Of a DNA stretch of 64,000 bases, positions 19,515 through 28,163 are shown piece after piece. Below the pieces are notes generated by a model. The model did no database searches. It was given only the letters and a program-made list of their open reading frames with translations, and was not told the DNA's origin. Positions within the stretch are counted from its first letter, which is position 1. Every line of letters starts with the position of its first letter. Source of the stretch: Candidatus Thorarchaeota archaeon (lineage in GTDB: Archaea > Asgardarchaeota > Thorarchaeia > Thorarchaeales > Thorarchaeaceae); NCBI GenBank assembly GCA_038893995.1, contig JAWAQK010000004.1, forward strand, positions 1 through 64,000, in the 5' to 3' direction. The position numbers and the translations under genes are program-made.

Positions 19515-20555
19515 TCAGTACAGCTCCCTTGATGAGGCCCTCATGTAATTGATGACGATGAGCCCAGCGAACAGTATGAAAGCAAGCCATATAGCAAAGT
19601 TTACCACGATCAGGTTGGTCTTGTAGAACACCTCTATCATCAGGAAGAGTCCGACCACAGTGATGTTCGAGACCCCGCCCATCGTGGAGTTCTCGGCCAT
19701 CCCGAGAGCACGTTTAGTGACCAATACGACCGCCACGACAGCCATCGAGATGTAGTTTATGTACTGATTGAACAGATATGACGCGTTCAGGAAGGGGAGT
19801 GTTCCGATCGGCGTCGGAATTGGGGGCAGGTACACGCATAGGAAGATCATGAAGAGCGTCGCCTCAAATAGGCGGACACGGATCATTGGAATGCGAGTAT
19901 AGACCATGCCGTACACCCCTCTGTCGTACTCCTGTGCGGCCACCCATATGAAGTGCACAGGGGCGCCCCAGCTGAGGGCATTGACCAGGCACTGCGACAC
20001 TCCCTGCACGACACCCACCCAGAAGCTGGACCAGCTCTCTTGAATACGCTCCCAGACAAGAAGATAGCCTGGTGCAAACTGCAGCAGCACGAAGATCGAC
20101 AGTAGACATACTGCAGAGGCCACGACTACTGCTGCAGCTGCAGAGATCCTCCTCATGCCCAACCTGCCGAGTGCAGCCCTATAGACGACTGTCGAGGCCA
20201 ACATGATACCTCCTATCATGGACACTATCGGTGTCACGAGTGGCAGGACGAAAAAGAGGCTCACGAAGAGAGCGTTTGCACCGTAGAAGACCCTCCACCT
20301 GAGAGGAATTGGACCGGTCGACCGTCTAGCGAGGTATACTGTGTTTGCCATGCGATATCGTCGTAAGTAGATTATGGAATCCCACGTGACCGAGAAGATG
20401 ATGGGCACCACTCCAAAGTGGAACAGTGTGTCGAGGAACTCATTTCCAAAGGGCGTCATCCTGAAGGGTAACATGTGTACCAGGATGAAGGCGTATGCAG
20501 GTATCGAGAGCGCCATGGCCATAACGACCGCCCTGGTCATCAGTACTCTGGTCAT
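19515..20555 (-). CDS. Polytopic membrane protein of unknown function
   Basis: 346 aa with about 9 TM segments; 1-bp gap to the NUDIX gene. Confidence 0.7.
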   Translation of the reverse strand: MTRVLMTRAVVMAMALSIPAYAFILVHMLPFRMTPFGNEFLDTLFHFGVVPIIFSVTWDSIIYLRRYRMANTVYLARRSTGPIPLRWRVFYGANALFVSLFFVLPLVTPIVSMIGGIMLASTVVYRAALGRLGMRRISAAAAVVVASAVCLLSIFVLLQFAPGYLLVWERIQESWSSFWVGVVQGVSQCLVNALSWGAPVHFIWVAAQEYDRGVYGMVYTRIPMIRVRLFEATLFMIFLCVYLPPIPTPIGTLPFLNASYLFNQYINYISMAVVAVVLVTKRALGMAENSTMGGVSNITVVGLFLMIEVFYKTNLIVVNFAIWLAFILFAGLIVINYMRASSRELY

Positions 20556-20636
20556 CGTTACCTCACACCGACAGGATTACGATTCGAATATAAGGCTGAG
20601 CGGACATAGTCCGCGGGTGTAATTGGAGGTCTCTTT

Positions 20637-21422
20637 GTGTTCAGGAGTAGACTCTCTGCAGCAGCCTTTGTAAGAAAGACCAGGCTCATTATCGGGCTTG
20701 ACCTGGCCGCCAATATCACTGGCAAGTCTGGGATCGATCTGAGGGCCGAGACCGACCGCGTGGAACAGAAGGCATTGCAGGTCATAGCTCAGACAGCAGA
20801 CTATGCTGTTGCATTCAAGGTCAACCACCATTTGGTGTTACCCTTGGGACTGTTCGACAGGGTTCAGAGAATCGTGAGGGCCATACATGACCAGGGATTG
20901 CCAGCCATCATGGACTGTAAGATCAATGACATTGGGGACACAAACCAGTGGATTGCAAGATACTACTTTGATGCCGGATTCGATGCTGTGATCGCAAACC
21001 CGCTCGTCGGGTGGAAGGGTGGTCTCGATTCAGTATTCCAGGAGGCACGTGAGAGATCGCGTGGAGTGATTCTCCTGTGCTACATGTCTCACCCCGCGTC
21101 CGATGAGGGATACGGACTGTGGGTCGCCTCTGAGAGGAAACAGAAGGAACACGAGCCCCTCTACCTGCGCTTTGCGAGGTTGGCCAAACAATGGGATGTG
21201 GACGGTGTCATCGTTGGAGCCACTTATCCTGACAAGATACGCGAGGTACGTGATGCCGTCGGTAACGAGATCCCCATATTGAGTCCAGGTGTCGGCGCGC
21301 AGGGAGGCAGCGCGCGCGAGGCAATCAACGCAGGCGCCTCCTTCATCATCGCGTCTCGTTCGATAGTCTCATCCCCCGATCCAGCGGCAGCAGCTCGAAC
21401 ACTGGCGGAGGAGACCCGCTGA
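20637..21422 (+). CDS. pyrF: Orotidine-5'-phosphate decarboxylase
   Basis: IGLD, AFK, DCKINDIGDT (DxKxxDI), MSHP, VGAT, SPGVGAQGG. Confidence 0.95.
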   Translation: MFRSRLSAAAFVRKTRLIIGLDLAANITGKSGIDLRAETDRVEQKALQVIAQTADYAVAFKVNHHLVLPLGLFDRVQRIVRAIHDQGLPAIMDCKINDIGDTNQWIARYYFDAGFDAVIANPLVGWKGGLDSVFQEARERSRGVILLCYMSHPASDEGYGLWVASERKQKEHEPLYLRFARLAKQWDVDGVIVGATYPDKIREVRDAVGNEIPILSPGVGAQGGSAREAINAGASFIIASRSIVSSPDPAAAARTLAEETR

Positions 21423-21548
21423 CATGTTCGGTCACCCACTGCAGGTCGTCACACCATCGATGTACATCAGTGTACATCCGTGAGGAGATCGATGCATCAG
21501 TCACGGGACTCGGTCAGATATACATAAAGCGCCATTGAGCCAGGGTGA

Positions 21549-22868
21549 ATGCAGAGGATTTCTCTCCTGCCGCCCAGAGATCTCCTCAGGAGTCTGGATG
21601 TCATGATTGGCAATGGCTTCGGTTTTGCGAGCTGGACCTCCTTCATCAAGGAGTCTCAGATCAGGGCCCTGTTGAAATACAATGTGAAATACTACTTTGC
21701 GGGTGGAAAGCCTGGCATTGTACCCATTGCTGCCTTTGCGGAGATCCTGCGCACCCTCAGTCAACTCTACGAGGAAAACCCCTCGATGGCACTTGACGAC
21801 CTCAACTATGGTCCCACTGGTGGGCATTCCTGGTTTCAGAAGACACTTGCGAAACGACTCCGCGATGTCAGGGGAATTCCAATCGACCCTGAGACTCAGT
21901 ATGACCATGTCTCGATCACTAACGGTTCTCAACAGGCTCTGTATGCCATACTCGACACGATGATTGACCCGGGCGACATAATCATCACTCCCTCGCCGGC
22001 GTACCTCGGATTCCTAGTGCCTGCAGTCAAGCTTGGAGCCCGAATTGTCACTGTTCCAACGGACCTTGAAGGAATAATTCCAGAGTACGTAGAACGTGCG
22101 ATATACCTGACCCGGCTGAAGTTCAATCGAGACCCGGACATGCTATATGTTGTGCCCGATTCAGACAATCCGAAGGGCACGACTCTTTCGGCGAGCAGAA
22201 GACAGCAGCTATTTGACATATGTGAGAACTACAACATCATGTTGGTCGAGGACTCTGCATATGCAGAGATACAGTTCAGACCTCAAATCAAGCCAATCAA
22301 GTCCCTGGATCGAGAGAACACCAGAGTGTCATATCTGGGAACCAGCAGCAAGGAGGCCGCAGTGTTGAGGGTCGGTTACTCTGTTCTGCCTCAGAGTGTT
22401 CGAGAACAGGTCCTGAAGGACAAGGGGTACCTCGACCTATGCACATCCTCGCTGGTACAGAGGATACTCGACATCTACTACAACAAGTACATCGAAGAGG
22501 CCCTGAGGAATGCAGTTCCAAAGTATAGAGAGCGATGTGAAGCAATGGCAAAGGCGATTGATGAGTTCTTTCCCGCTGGTACTCGGACCGATCCGACGGG
22601 TGGTTTCTTCATATGGTGGCAGAGTGACAGGCAGTTCGATAGTACAGCATACATGATGAAGACGGCGATTCCAAACGACGTCATGTATGTTCCCGGCGCC
22701 CAATTCTATCCTCAAGTCGGGTTCTCACTGACTGATGACGGTGTCGACATTGTACCCAGCAAGATTGAAACAAACACGATGCGCCTGGGTTTCTCGTATG
22801 CATCACCAGAACTCATCTACGAGGGCATAGAACGGCTTGGAAAGATGCTATCGAGAGACATCGGTTAG
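21549..22868 (+). CDS. PLP-dependent class I/II aminotransferase (LysN/ARO8-like)
   Basis: FAGGKP, YGPT.G, TNGSQQAL, NPKG, VEDSAY, GTSSK...LRVGY, GGFFIW, MRLGFS. Confidence 0.9.
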   Translation: MQRISLLPPRDLLRSLDVMIGNGFGFASWTSFIKESQIRALLKYNVKYYFAGGKPGIVPIAAFAEILRTLSQLYEENPSMALDDLNYGPTGGHSWFQKTLAKRLRDVRGIPIDPETQYDHVSITNGSQQALYAILDTMIDPGDIIITPSPAYLGFLVPAVKLGARIVTVPTDLEGIIPEYVERAIYLTRLKFNRDPDMLYVVPDSDNPKGTTLSASRRQQLFDICENYNIMLVEDSAYAEIQFRPQIKPIKSLDRENTRVSYLGTSSKEAAVLRVGYSVLPQSVREQVLKDKGYLDLCTSSLVQRILDIYYNKYIEEALRNAVPKYRERCEAMAKAIDEFFPAGTRTDPTGGFFIWWQSDRQFDSTAYMMKTAIPNDVMYVPGAQFYPQVGFSLTDDGVDIVPSKIETNTMRLGFSYASPELIYEGIERLGKMLSRDIG

Positions 22869-22899
22869 ATCCATCAGTATACATCCGATGTCAGAAATT

Positions 22900-22990
22900 G
22901 ACTGGTGGCCTGGGCTCCGAGAGGTGCTCGGTGCTCCGTCTTTGGAGCGGCTGCACCTCTCAGAGGTCCCGTATGAAAGGCCGCCGGTCT
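22900..22990. other. Long imperfect hairpin in a convergent intergenic region (structured RNA or terminator candidate)
   Basis: gactggtggcct pairs with aggccgccggtc (12 bp, 2 G-U); gagaggtgc pairs with gcacctctc (9 bp perfect); gctcc/ggagc forms the apical stem. Confidence 0.5.
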
Positions 22991-23052
22991 GTCGTAAGCT
23001 GTTGTGATGTGAGATTCCAGTGAGTCGTCCTGACTGGACAGAGGACACACAC

Positions 23053-24399
23053 TCACTCCGATACTATGGCTACATCCCCGACCTCGCCTGTCCGCACTGA
23101 CAGTGTCAGCAGGAGGGCTATCACGAGGAACACCAGCGATACCGGAAACAGGAGTGTCACTCCTTGAATGGACATCAGTAGAGCCGCGGCATCAAATATG
23201 ATACCCGTGATGAAGGGACCAAGTATTGCTGCACTCATGCTGAATCCGTAGTACAGTCCAGTTCCAGCCCCCAGCCGAGACTGCCCCAGCAGTTGCCAGA
23301 CCATGACGATGGAGTTCACATTCACGAATGCCCAGCCGGTACCTGCAATGGCGAGGAGACCCAGGATGACCACGTAATCAGTGGCTGGTATCAGTAGCAC
23401 CAGAGCAACCAACATCAGGACTAGCCCGATCGCTATGGTCTTCTTGCGCCCAATTCGACCCGCCAGGTAGCCTGCAGGGACTGCGAATACTATGAATGAG
23501 ATCGCTATGCCGTTCAACAGGAATGACGCATCTGCAGTAGCGAATCCCAGCACGTTAGCACCATAAGTGGTGAACCACGTCTCAATTGCGTTGTAGCTCA
23601 GAAACCAGAAGAAGATGGCAAGCAACAGAAGCATTGCAGATCTGTCTCTGGAGAGGGAAACCTGTCGTAATGCCTCGACTATCCCCATCTCTCGTTTAAT
23701 CTCAGCTGGTAACGGTGTGGCTGGTTCCTTGATGAATACGAAAAGCAGTACCAGGGCTACCACCATTATGATGGCAGTCGTCAGAAACGTCAATACCGGT
23801 CCTGACTGTTCTGCAGTGACTCCAAGCATTGCCCCGATGACAGGGTCGTTGATCTTGTAGATCCTCGAGGCTATTGCAAAAGCATAGACGGCCCCGATAC
23901 CTCCCATCAGGTTGATCACACCATTAGCCTTGCTCCTGTGTTCTGGTCCCACAAGATCCGGCATGAGTGCCACAACAGGGGCCCGGTAGAAGGCCATTGA
24001 CACGTTGAACACGGTCAGTGCGGCCATCATGAACCAGAACGACGCCATTGCCCATCCGTACGCGATCAGAACGAAGGTGACTGATGCGATAGGGACACCG
24101 ACCATTATGTATGGCATCCTCCGGCCCCATCTGGTCCAGGTCCTGTCACTCCGCGCTCCGATATACGGTTGGAGAAAGAACGCGAATATGTTGTCAAGCA
24201 CCATTATGGCACCAATGATGGTCATCTGAAAATCACCGGTGATGAAGACCGGTAAGAAGTCCTTAGGCAGATAGCTGTTGTAGACACCCCAGCTGACGCC
24301 TGTAGTAAAGAACCCGAGTCCGATGGTCAGCACGTACAGCCATCTCATTCTCTCGGGTCCGCCGGCGTATCCATTGCGCTCATTATTGACTGAACTCAT
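23053..24399 (-). CDS. MFS transporter (maltose/sucrose GPH-SLC45-like)
   Basis: About 12 TMs, QPYIGARSDRTWTRWGRRMPY, RAPVVALMPD, AGRIGRKK. Confidence 0.9.
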   Translation of the reverse strand: MSSVNNERNGYAGGPERMRWLYVLTIGLGFFTTGVSWGVYNSYLPKDFLPVFITGDFQMTIIGAIMVLDNIFAFFLQPYIGARSDRTWTRWGRRMPYIMVGVPIASVTFVLIAYGWAMASFWFMMAALTVFNVSMAFYRAPVVALMPDLVGPEHRSKANGVINLMGGIGAVYAFAIASRIYKINDPVIGAMLGVTAEQSGPVLTFLTTAIIMVVALVLLFVFIKEPATPLPAEIKREMGIVEALRQVSLSRDRSAMLLLLAIFFWFLSYNAIETWFTTYGANVLGFATADASFLLNGIAISFIVFAVPAGYLAGRIGRKKTIAIGLVLMLVALVLLIPATDYVVILGLLAIAGTGWAFVNVNSIVMVWQLLGQSRLGAGTGLYYGFSMSAAILGPFITGIIFDAAALLMSIQGVTLLFPVSLVFLVIALLLTLSVRTGEVGDVAIVSE

Positions 24400-24539
24400 A
24401 CCTTACTCCTCGAGTAAAGACGAACTTGACCGGTCATTGTAAAGACGGGTATATAGACTGTCGGTCTGCCCGACCGGTCGACACAGTTCAACCAGTAGGA
24501 TATGTTGTCTCATCCCGCGTATCGTGGACCCATGTCGAA

Positions 24540-26228
24540 TCAGGGCATGAAGTTCACAAAGAGAGTTGGGCCATTCTTCATGCCGGGGACGTAATTTCTC
24601 TCGTAGGGCCCGAAGACGTCGTGCACGCCCGTATTTATCATCCACTCGACCCACGACCACGATGCCTCTTGTCCAATCTTCTCCCTGGCATAGCTGCCGT
24701 ACGTCCAGCTGAGGTAGTTGAGTGCATCCAGTCGGAGGCCCCTCCTGCCGTCGTCGCTCATCTCTCCGAGACCTGCGTCGAGTGACGAACGCAGTTCCGT
24801 CCATCGTGACATGATGAGTTGTTCAGTTTCCTGCAGGCAGAGATTGATCTCGTCCACATTTCCTGCCTTTCGTGCACGGACCTGTCGCCCAATGATCTTA
24901 AAGAGGTCTGTTGTCTGGAGAACCGGTAGGCCTGCCTCGTTCAATCTCTGCGCCGAGCTCTGACTCCATGGTGTGTTGAAGTAGACTCGCGGATACCTCA
25001 GGACTCGCGGAACAGGAAGGCCAAGTTCGCGAATACATGGTAAGACCTGTGCATAGTACGATATCTCTCCCGGTCCGCCAATGTGACAGACTACGGGTAG
25101 CATGAAGTCTACGAGTATCTGGCGAGTGTCTACTCTTGGTGTAAGCATGAGGACATAGTCAGATAGGTCGGGCTGTCTCTCGTCGTACTCGATGCTAATT
25201 GTCTGTCCACAGACCGGACACGCCCCAGTGAGAATGCCCTTTCCCTGCGAATTGCCCTTCCGAATCTGGACCCTGCTCCGATGACAATCTCTCTCAGGGC
25301 ACTCAAGGAAGAACGGAGAGTAGTCATCTGTCCTCTGCGGCAGCCCTGCTCTATATCCTGCAGACTCTATTGCCCTCAGGGCCCTATTGCTCTCATTGAT
25401 GAATCTCACCCGATTTGTCTCAGTCAGGAGGAACTCCATGCCATCCTGCATCAGCCGTCTGACATCGGGATCAGAGTATGGAATGAGAGGAATTCCGAGG
25501 TCTCCAATGATATTGTAGAGGCTTCCCATTATCCTCTGATGCCAATCGCCCAGGGTGCTTGACTCGAAATACGATGCCCTCACTAGAGCCAGTGCGCTCT
25601 CAAGTCTCTCCTGGAAGAGTACTCTTGTCTTTGGCTCCAGTGTCTTGAACAGAGTCGAGTAGCTGTGCCGGACAGAGTGTTCCACCTGGACATACCACTC
25701 TGCATCAGGGAGTGGAAGTGTACCGGCCGGAGAATGTTCGTAGCCTCTCGGCACGGGAATACTGATCAGGTTCCCCTCTGAGTCTGGTCCAGGTGTCCTC
25801 ACATTTATGAGCTCCGGCTGAACAACATCATAGTCTGCCACAAAGAACACAGGCGCCATCTGTCCATTGGCAAAGTCCGCGACTCTCCTTGCGGTTGCTG
25901 CCTTGTTCAACATGAACACAGGGCCACCCATACACACGGTCTGGTGGGCAGCCTCAACCACACCTGATCCCATGTTGTTGATGCTGACCCTGACCCTCGG
26001 TGTCAGTATTCCAATCCGTTGGCTCAGTCTGAGAAGGACTGACTGTAGCTGTGAGATCCTGCTCTCGTCAAGTGTACCCTGCTGTCCATATGCCTCAAGT
26101 ACCTGTTCCGCCTCACGAGGCACCGCATCAATCGTGATCGGAGGATCGTCGTAGAGGTATCTCGCCAGTTCTGCGTGCTCGCCTCTCCAGATATACGACT
26201 GGTAGAGGCCTGCAATACTCTCAGCCAT
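24540..26228 (-). CDS. bshC: Bacillithiol biosynthesis cysteine-adding enzyme BshC (divergent, with four-Cys insertion)
   Basis: AAHQT...GGP.F.LNKA, PVFF.A.YD, TP.V.TR.....MLP...IGGPGEISYYAQ. Directly downstream of bshA. Confidence 0.82.
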   Translation of the reverse strand: MAESIAGLYQSYIWRGEHAELARYLYDDPPITIDAVPREAEQVLEAYGQQGTLDESRISQLQSVLLRLSQRIGILTPRVRVSINNMGSGVVEAAHQTVCMGGPVFMLNKAATARRVADFANGQMAPVFFVADYDVVQPELINVRTPGPDSEGNLISIPVPRGYEHSPAGTLPLPDAEWYVQVEHSVRHSYSTLFKTLEPKTRVLFQERLESALALVRASYFESSTLGDWHQRIMGSLYNIIGDLGIPLIPYSDPDVRRLMQDGMEFLLTETNRVRFINESNRALRAIESAGYRAGLPQRTDDYSPFFLECPERDCHRSRVQIRKGNSQGKGILTGACPVCGQTISIEYDERQPDLSDYVLMLTPRVDTRQILVDFMLPVVCHIGGPGEISYYAQVLPCIRELGLPVPRVLRYPRVYFNTPWSQSSAQRLNEAGLPVLQTTDLFKIIGRQVRARKAGNVDEINLCLQETEQLIMSRWTELRSSLDAGLGEMSDDGRRGLRLDALNYLSWTYGSYAREKIGQEASWSWVEWMINTGVHDVFGPYERNYVPGMKNGPTLFVNFMP

Positions 26229-26240
26229 TCCCTGTCTCCC

Positions 26241-27410
26241 TCAGCCATTCAGTGCGCTCCTGAGTACCTTCTCGTACCTTGGAACAATCACTTCGGGTGT
26301 GAACCCGTCCAATACTCTCCTTCTACCTGCCTTTCCGAGTCGAGCCCTGAGCCGGTCATCAGTAAGTAGACGAATGACCCCCTCTGCAAGCTCCTCCGTT
26401 TCAAATGTCTCGGTGACAATTCCGTCTATCCCGGGCCTGACCAACTCGGGTACCCCCCCTGCCGGTGTGGTCACGACGGGAAGCTCGCAGGCCATTGCCT
26501 CCAGCAGGACAAGAGGCATTCCTTCCAGATTGGAATTGAGGACAAAGAGGTCTGCTGACGACATCAGCTCGTTCACATTCGTCCTCACACCGATAAGATG
26601 TACTCTATTGCAGAGCCTATGTTGTTCGATCCTCCGCTCGACCTCTGTCCTTGTGGGCCCATCGCCTACCAGCAACAGCCTTGCTTCGGGAACATTATCC
26701 ACAACCAGTCGCATGGCATCGATCAGTTCTACTACCCTCTTCACCCTCCTGAAGTTTGAGACGTGCAGCAATATCCTGTCCTTCCGTGAGACAGTATGAT
26801 CCCGTCTCTCTCTCATCACTGGGCATCCGTCCTCTACAACAAGTTCGACCCTCGATGTGCGACGGAAGACCTTCGGGTCGATGAAGTTTGGAATGACCTC
26901 AATCTCTCTCTCTACGCCGAGTTTCTCAATGGCCATTTTCCTGAGGAAATCCGCAACTGTCGTCACTCTGTCTGCCTCACGTATGGTGTGCTTCACGACT
27001 GGCATGTAGGCGGGATTGGCCCCCAGCATATGTACGTCGCTGCCATGTAGTGTGAGGACGTACGGCACTCCCGTGATCTCTCTTGCAACATGCGCTGACA
27101 TGGCATGGGGAATCGCGTAGTGGACATGAATCACGTCGAGTCTGCTCGTATTCGCGACTTCGACCAATTTTGAGCATAATGTGACTGCATATTGAGTTCC
27201 AACGTCCTCAAAGAGTGGGTACTCGCCCTGGTCCACCAGGTGAACGAACAGGTGCAAGGGACGTTCTTGGGTCAGGCCAAAGGGAGTCCGGTAGGTGATG
27301 AAATGTATCTCATGACCCCTCTGGACCATGTGCTCTCCAAGCCGTGTCGCCAGGTGTCCCGAGCCTCCGACGGATGGGAACAGACTGACACCTATCTTCA
27401 TATACTTCAC
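26241..27410 (-). CDS. bshA: N-acetyl-alpha-D-glucosaminyl L-malate synthase (GT4)
   Basis: MKIG...PSVGGSG..AT.LG, HVHYAIPHA, TLHGSD, HVSNFR.VKRV, E...LVLLEAMA. These are BshA-specific signatures. Confidence 0.92.
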   Translation of the reverse strand: MKYMKIGVSLFPSVGGSGHLATRLGEHMVQRGHEIHFITYRTPFGLTQERPLHLFVHLVDQGEYPLFEDVGTQYAVTLCSKLVEVANTSRLDVIHVHYAIPHAMSAHVAREITGVPYVLTLHGSDVHMLGANPAYMPVVKHTIREADRVTTVADFLRKMAIEKLGVEREIEVIPNFIDPKVFRRTSRVELVVEDGCPVMRERRDHTVSRKDRILLHVSNFRRVKRVVELIDAMRLVVDNVPEARLLLVGDGPTRTEVERRIEQHRLCNRVHLIGVRTNVNELMSSADLFVLNSNLEGMPLVLLEAMACELPVVTTPAGGVPELVRPGIDGIVTETFETEELAEGVIRLLTDDRLRARLGKAGRRRVLDGFTPEVIVPRYEKVLRSALNG

Positions 27411-27469
27411 ATTCCTGAGTCGTACTACAATAGGGTACTGACAACGTCTTATGCGTGGTGGTCCTGCAA

Positions 27470-28162
27470 ATGGTATCGGAGCATCCTCATGCAGGCTCCG
27501 GCGGAGATCGTCCTTCTATCCTGGTCGTCTGCGCCCATCCTGACGACGAATGTATCGGTGCAGGGGGAACGGTTGCCAAACATGCCCACCTGGGCTTCCC
27601 GGTGCATGTATTGTGTCTGACTGGCAATCCAGAACGACATAGAGAACTCTCAGCCTCCTGCAAGACGCTTGGCGTCAGCACGCTACGCGCTATCGAACGC
27701 GGCGATCACGACATAGACTGGTCTCTAAGAGCAGTTGTCGTTGAGGCGATACTGGATGTCCGGCCTGCAGTTGTGATAACACACACTCCTGACGACTACA
27801 ACCGGGCTCATGAGATGTGTCACAGAGTTGTGGTCGAGGCTGTCGAGTGGGCCTCACATGTCACACAGTTCCCCAACGCACACAGGACCAGGCAAGTCCT
27901 CACGATGGAGATAAACACACTTCATCCGCATCCAAACATACTTGTCGATGTCTCTTCATCTTATGACGTGGCCATCAGTGCCCTCAGCGAACACAAGTCT
28001 CAGCTGAGAAAGTCAGACCGATTCTACGAGCGATTCTATGACGCAAGGACCAGGCTCAGGGGAGTACAGGCTGGATGTGAACGGGCAGAGGCATTTGGCA
28101 TAGTTCTCCCAACTCACGCCGGCCCGTTCTACACTATCAACAGTGTTGATACGCTTCTCTGA
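27470..28162 (+). CDS. bshB: PIG-L/LmbE deacetylase, probable BshB
   Basis: ILVVCAHPDDE.IG.GG, VDVS, H.SQ, RG...G...AEAF. Divergent from bshA across a gap of about 60 bp. Confidence 0.82.
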   Translation: MVSEHPHAGSGGDRPSILVVCAHPDDECIGAGGTVAKHAHLGFPVHVLCLTGNPERHRELSASCKTLGVSTLRAIERGDHDIDWSLRAVVVEAILDVRPAVVITHTPDDYNRAHEMCHRVVVEAVEWASHVTQFPNAHRTRQVLTMEINTLHPHPNILVDVSSSYDVAISALSEHKSQLRKSDRFYERFYDARTRLRGVQAGCERAEAFGIVLPTHAGPFYTINSVDTLL

Positions 28163-28163
28163 A

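Noticed and set aside
22970-23012. Eukaryote-like SECIS element (ATGA...TGAT)
   Set aside because: The helix between the putative quartet halves pairs poorly, and no nearby gene shows an in-frame TGA at a Cys position.
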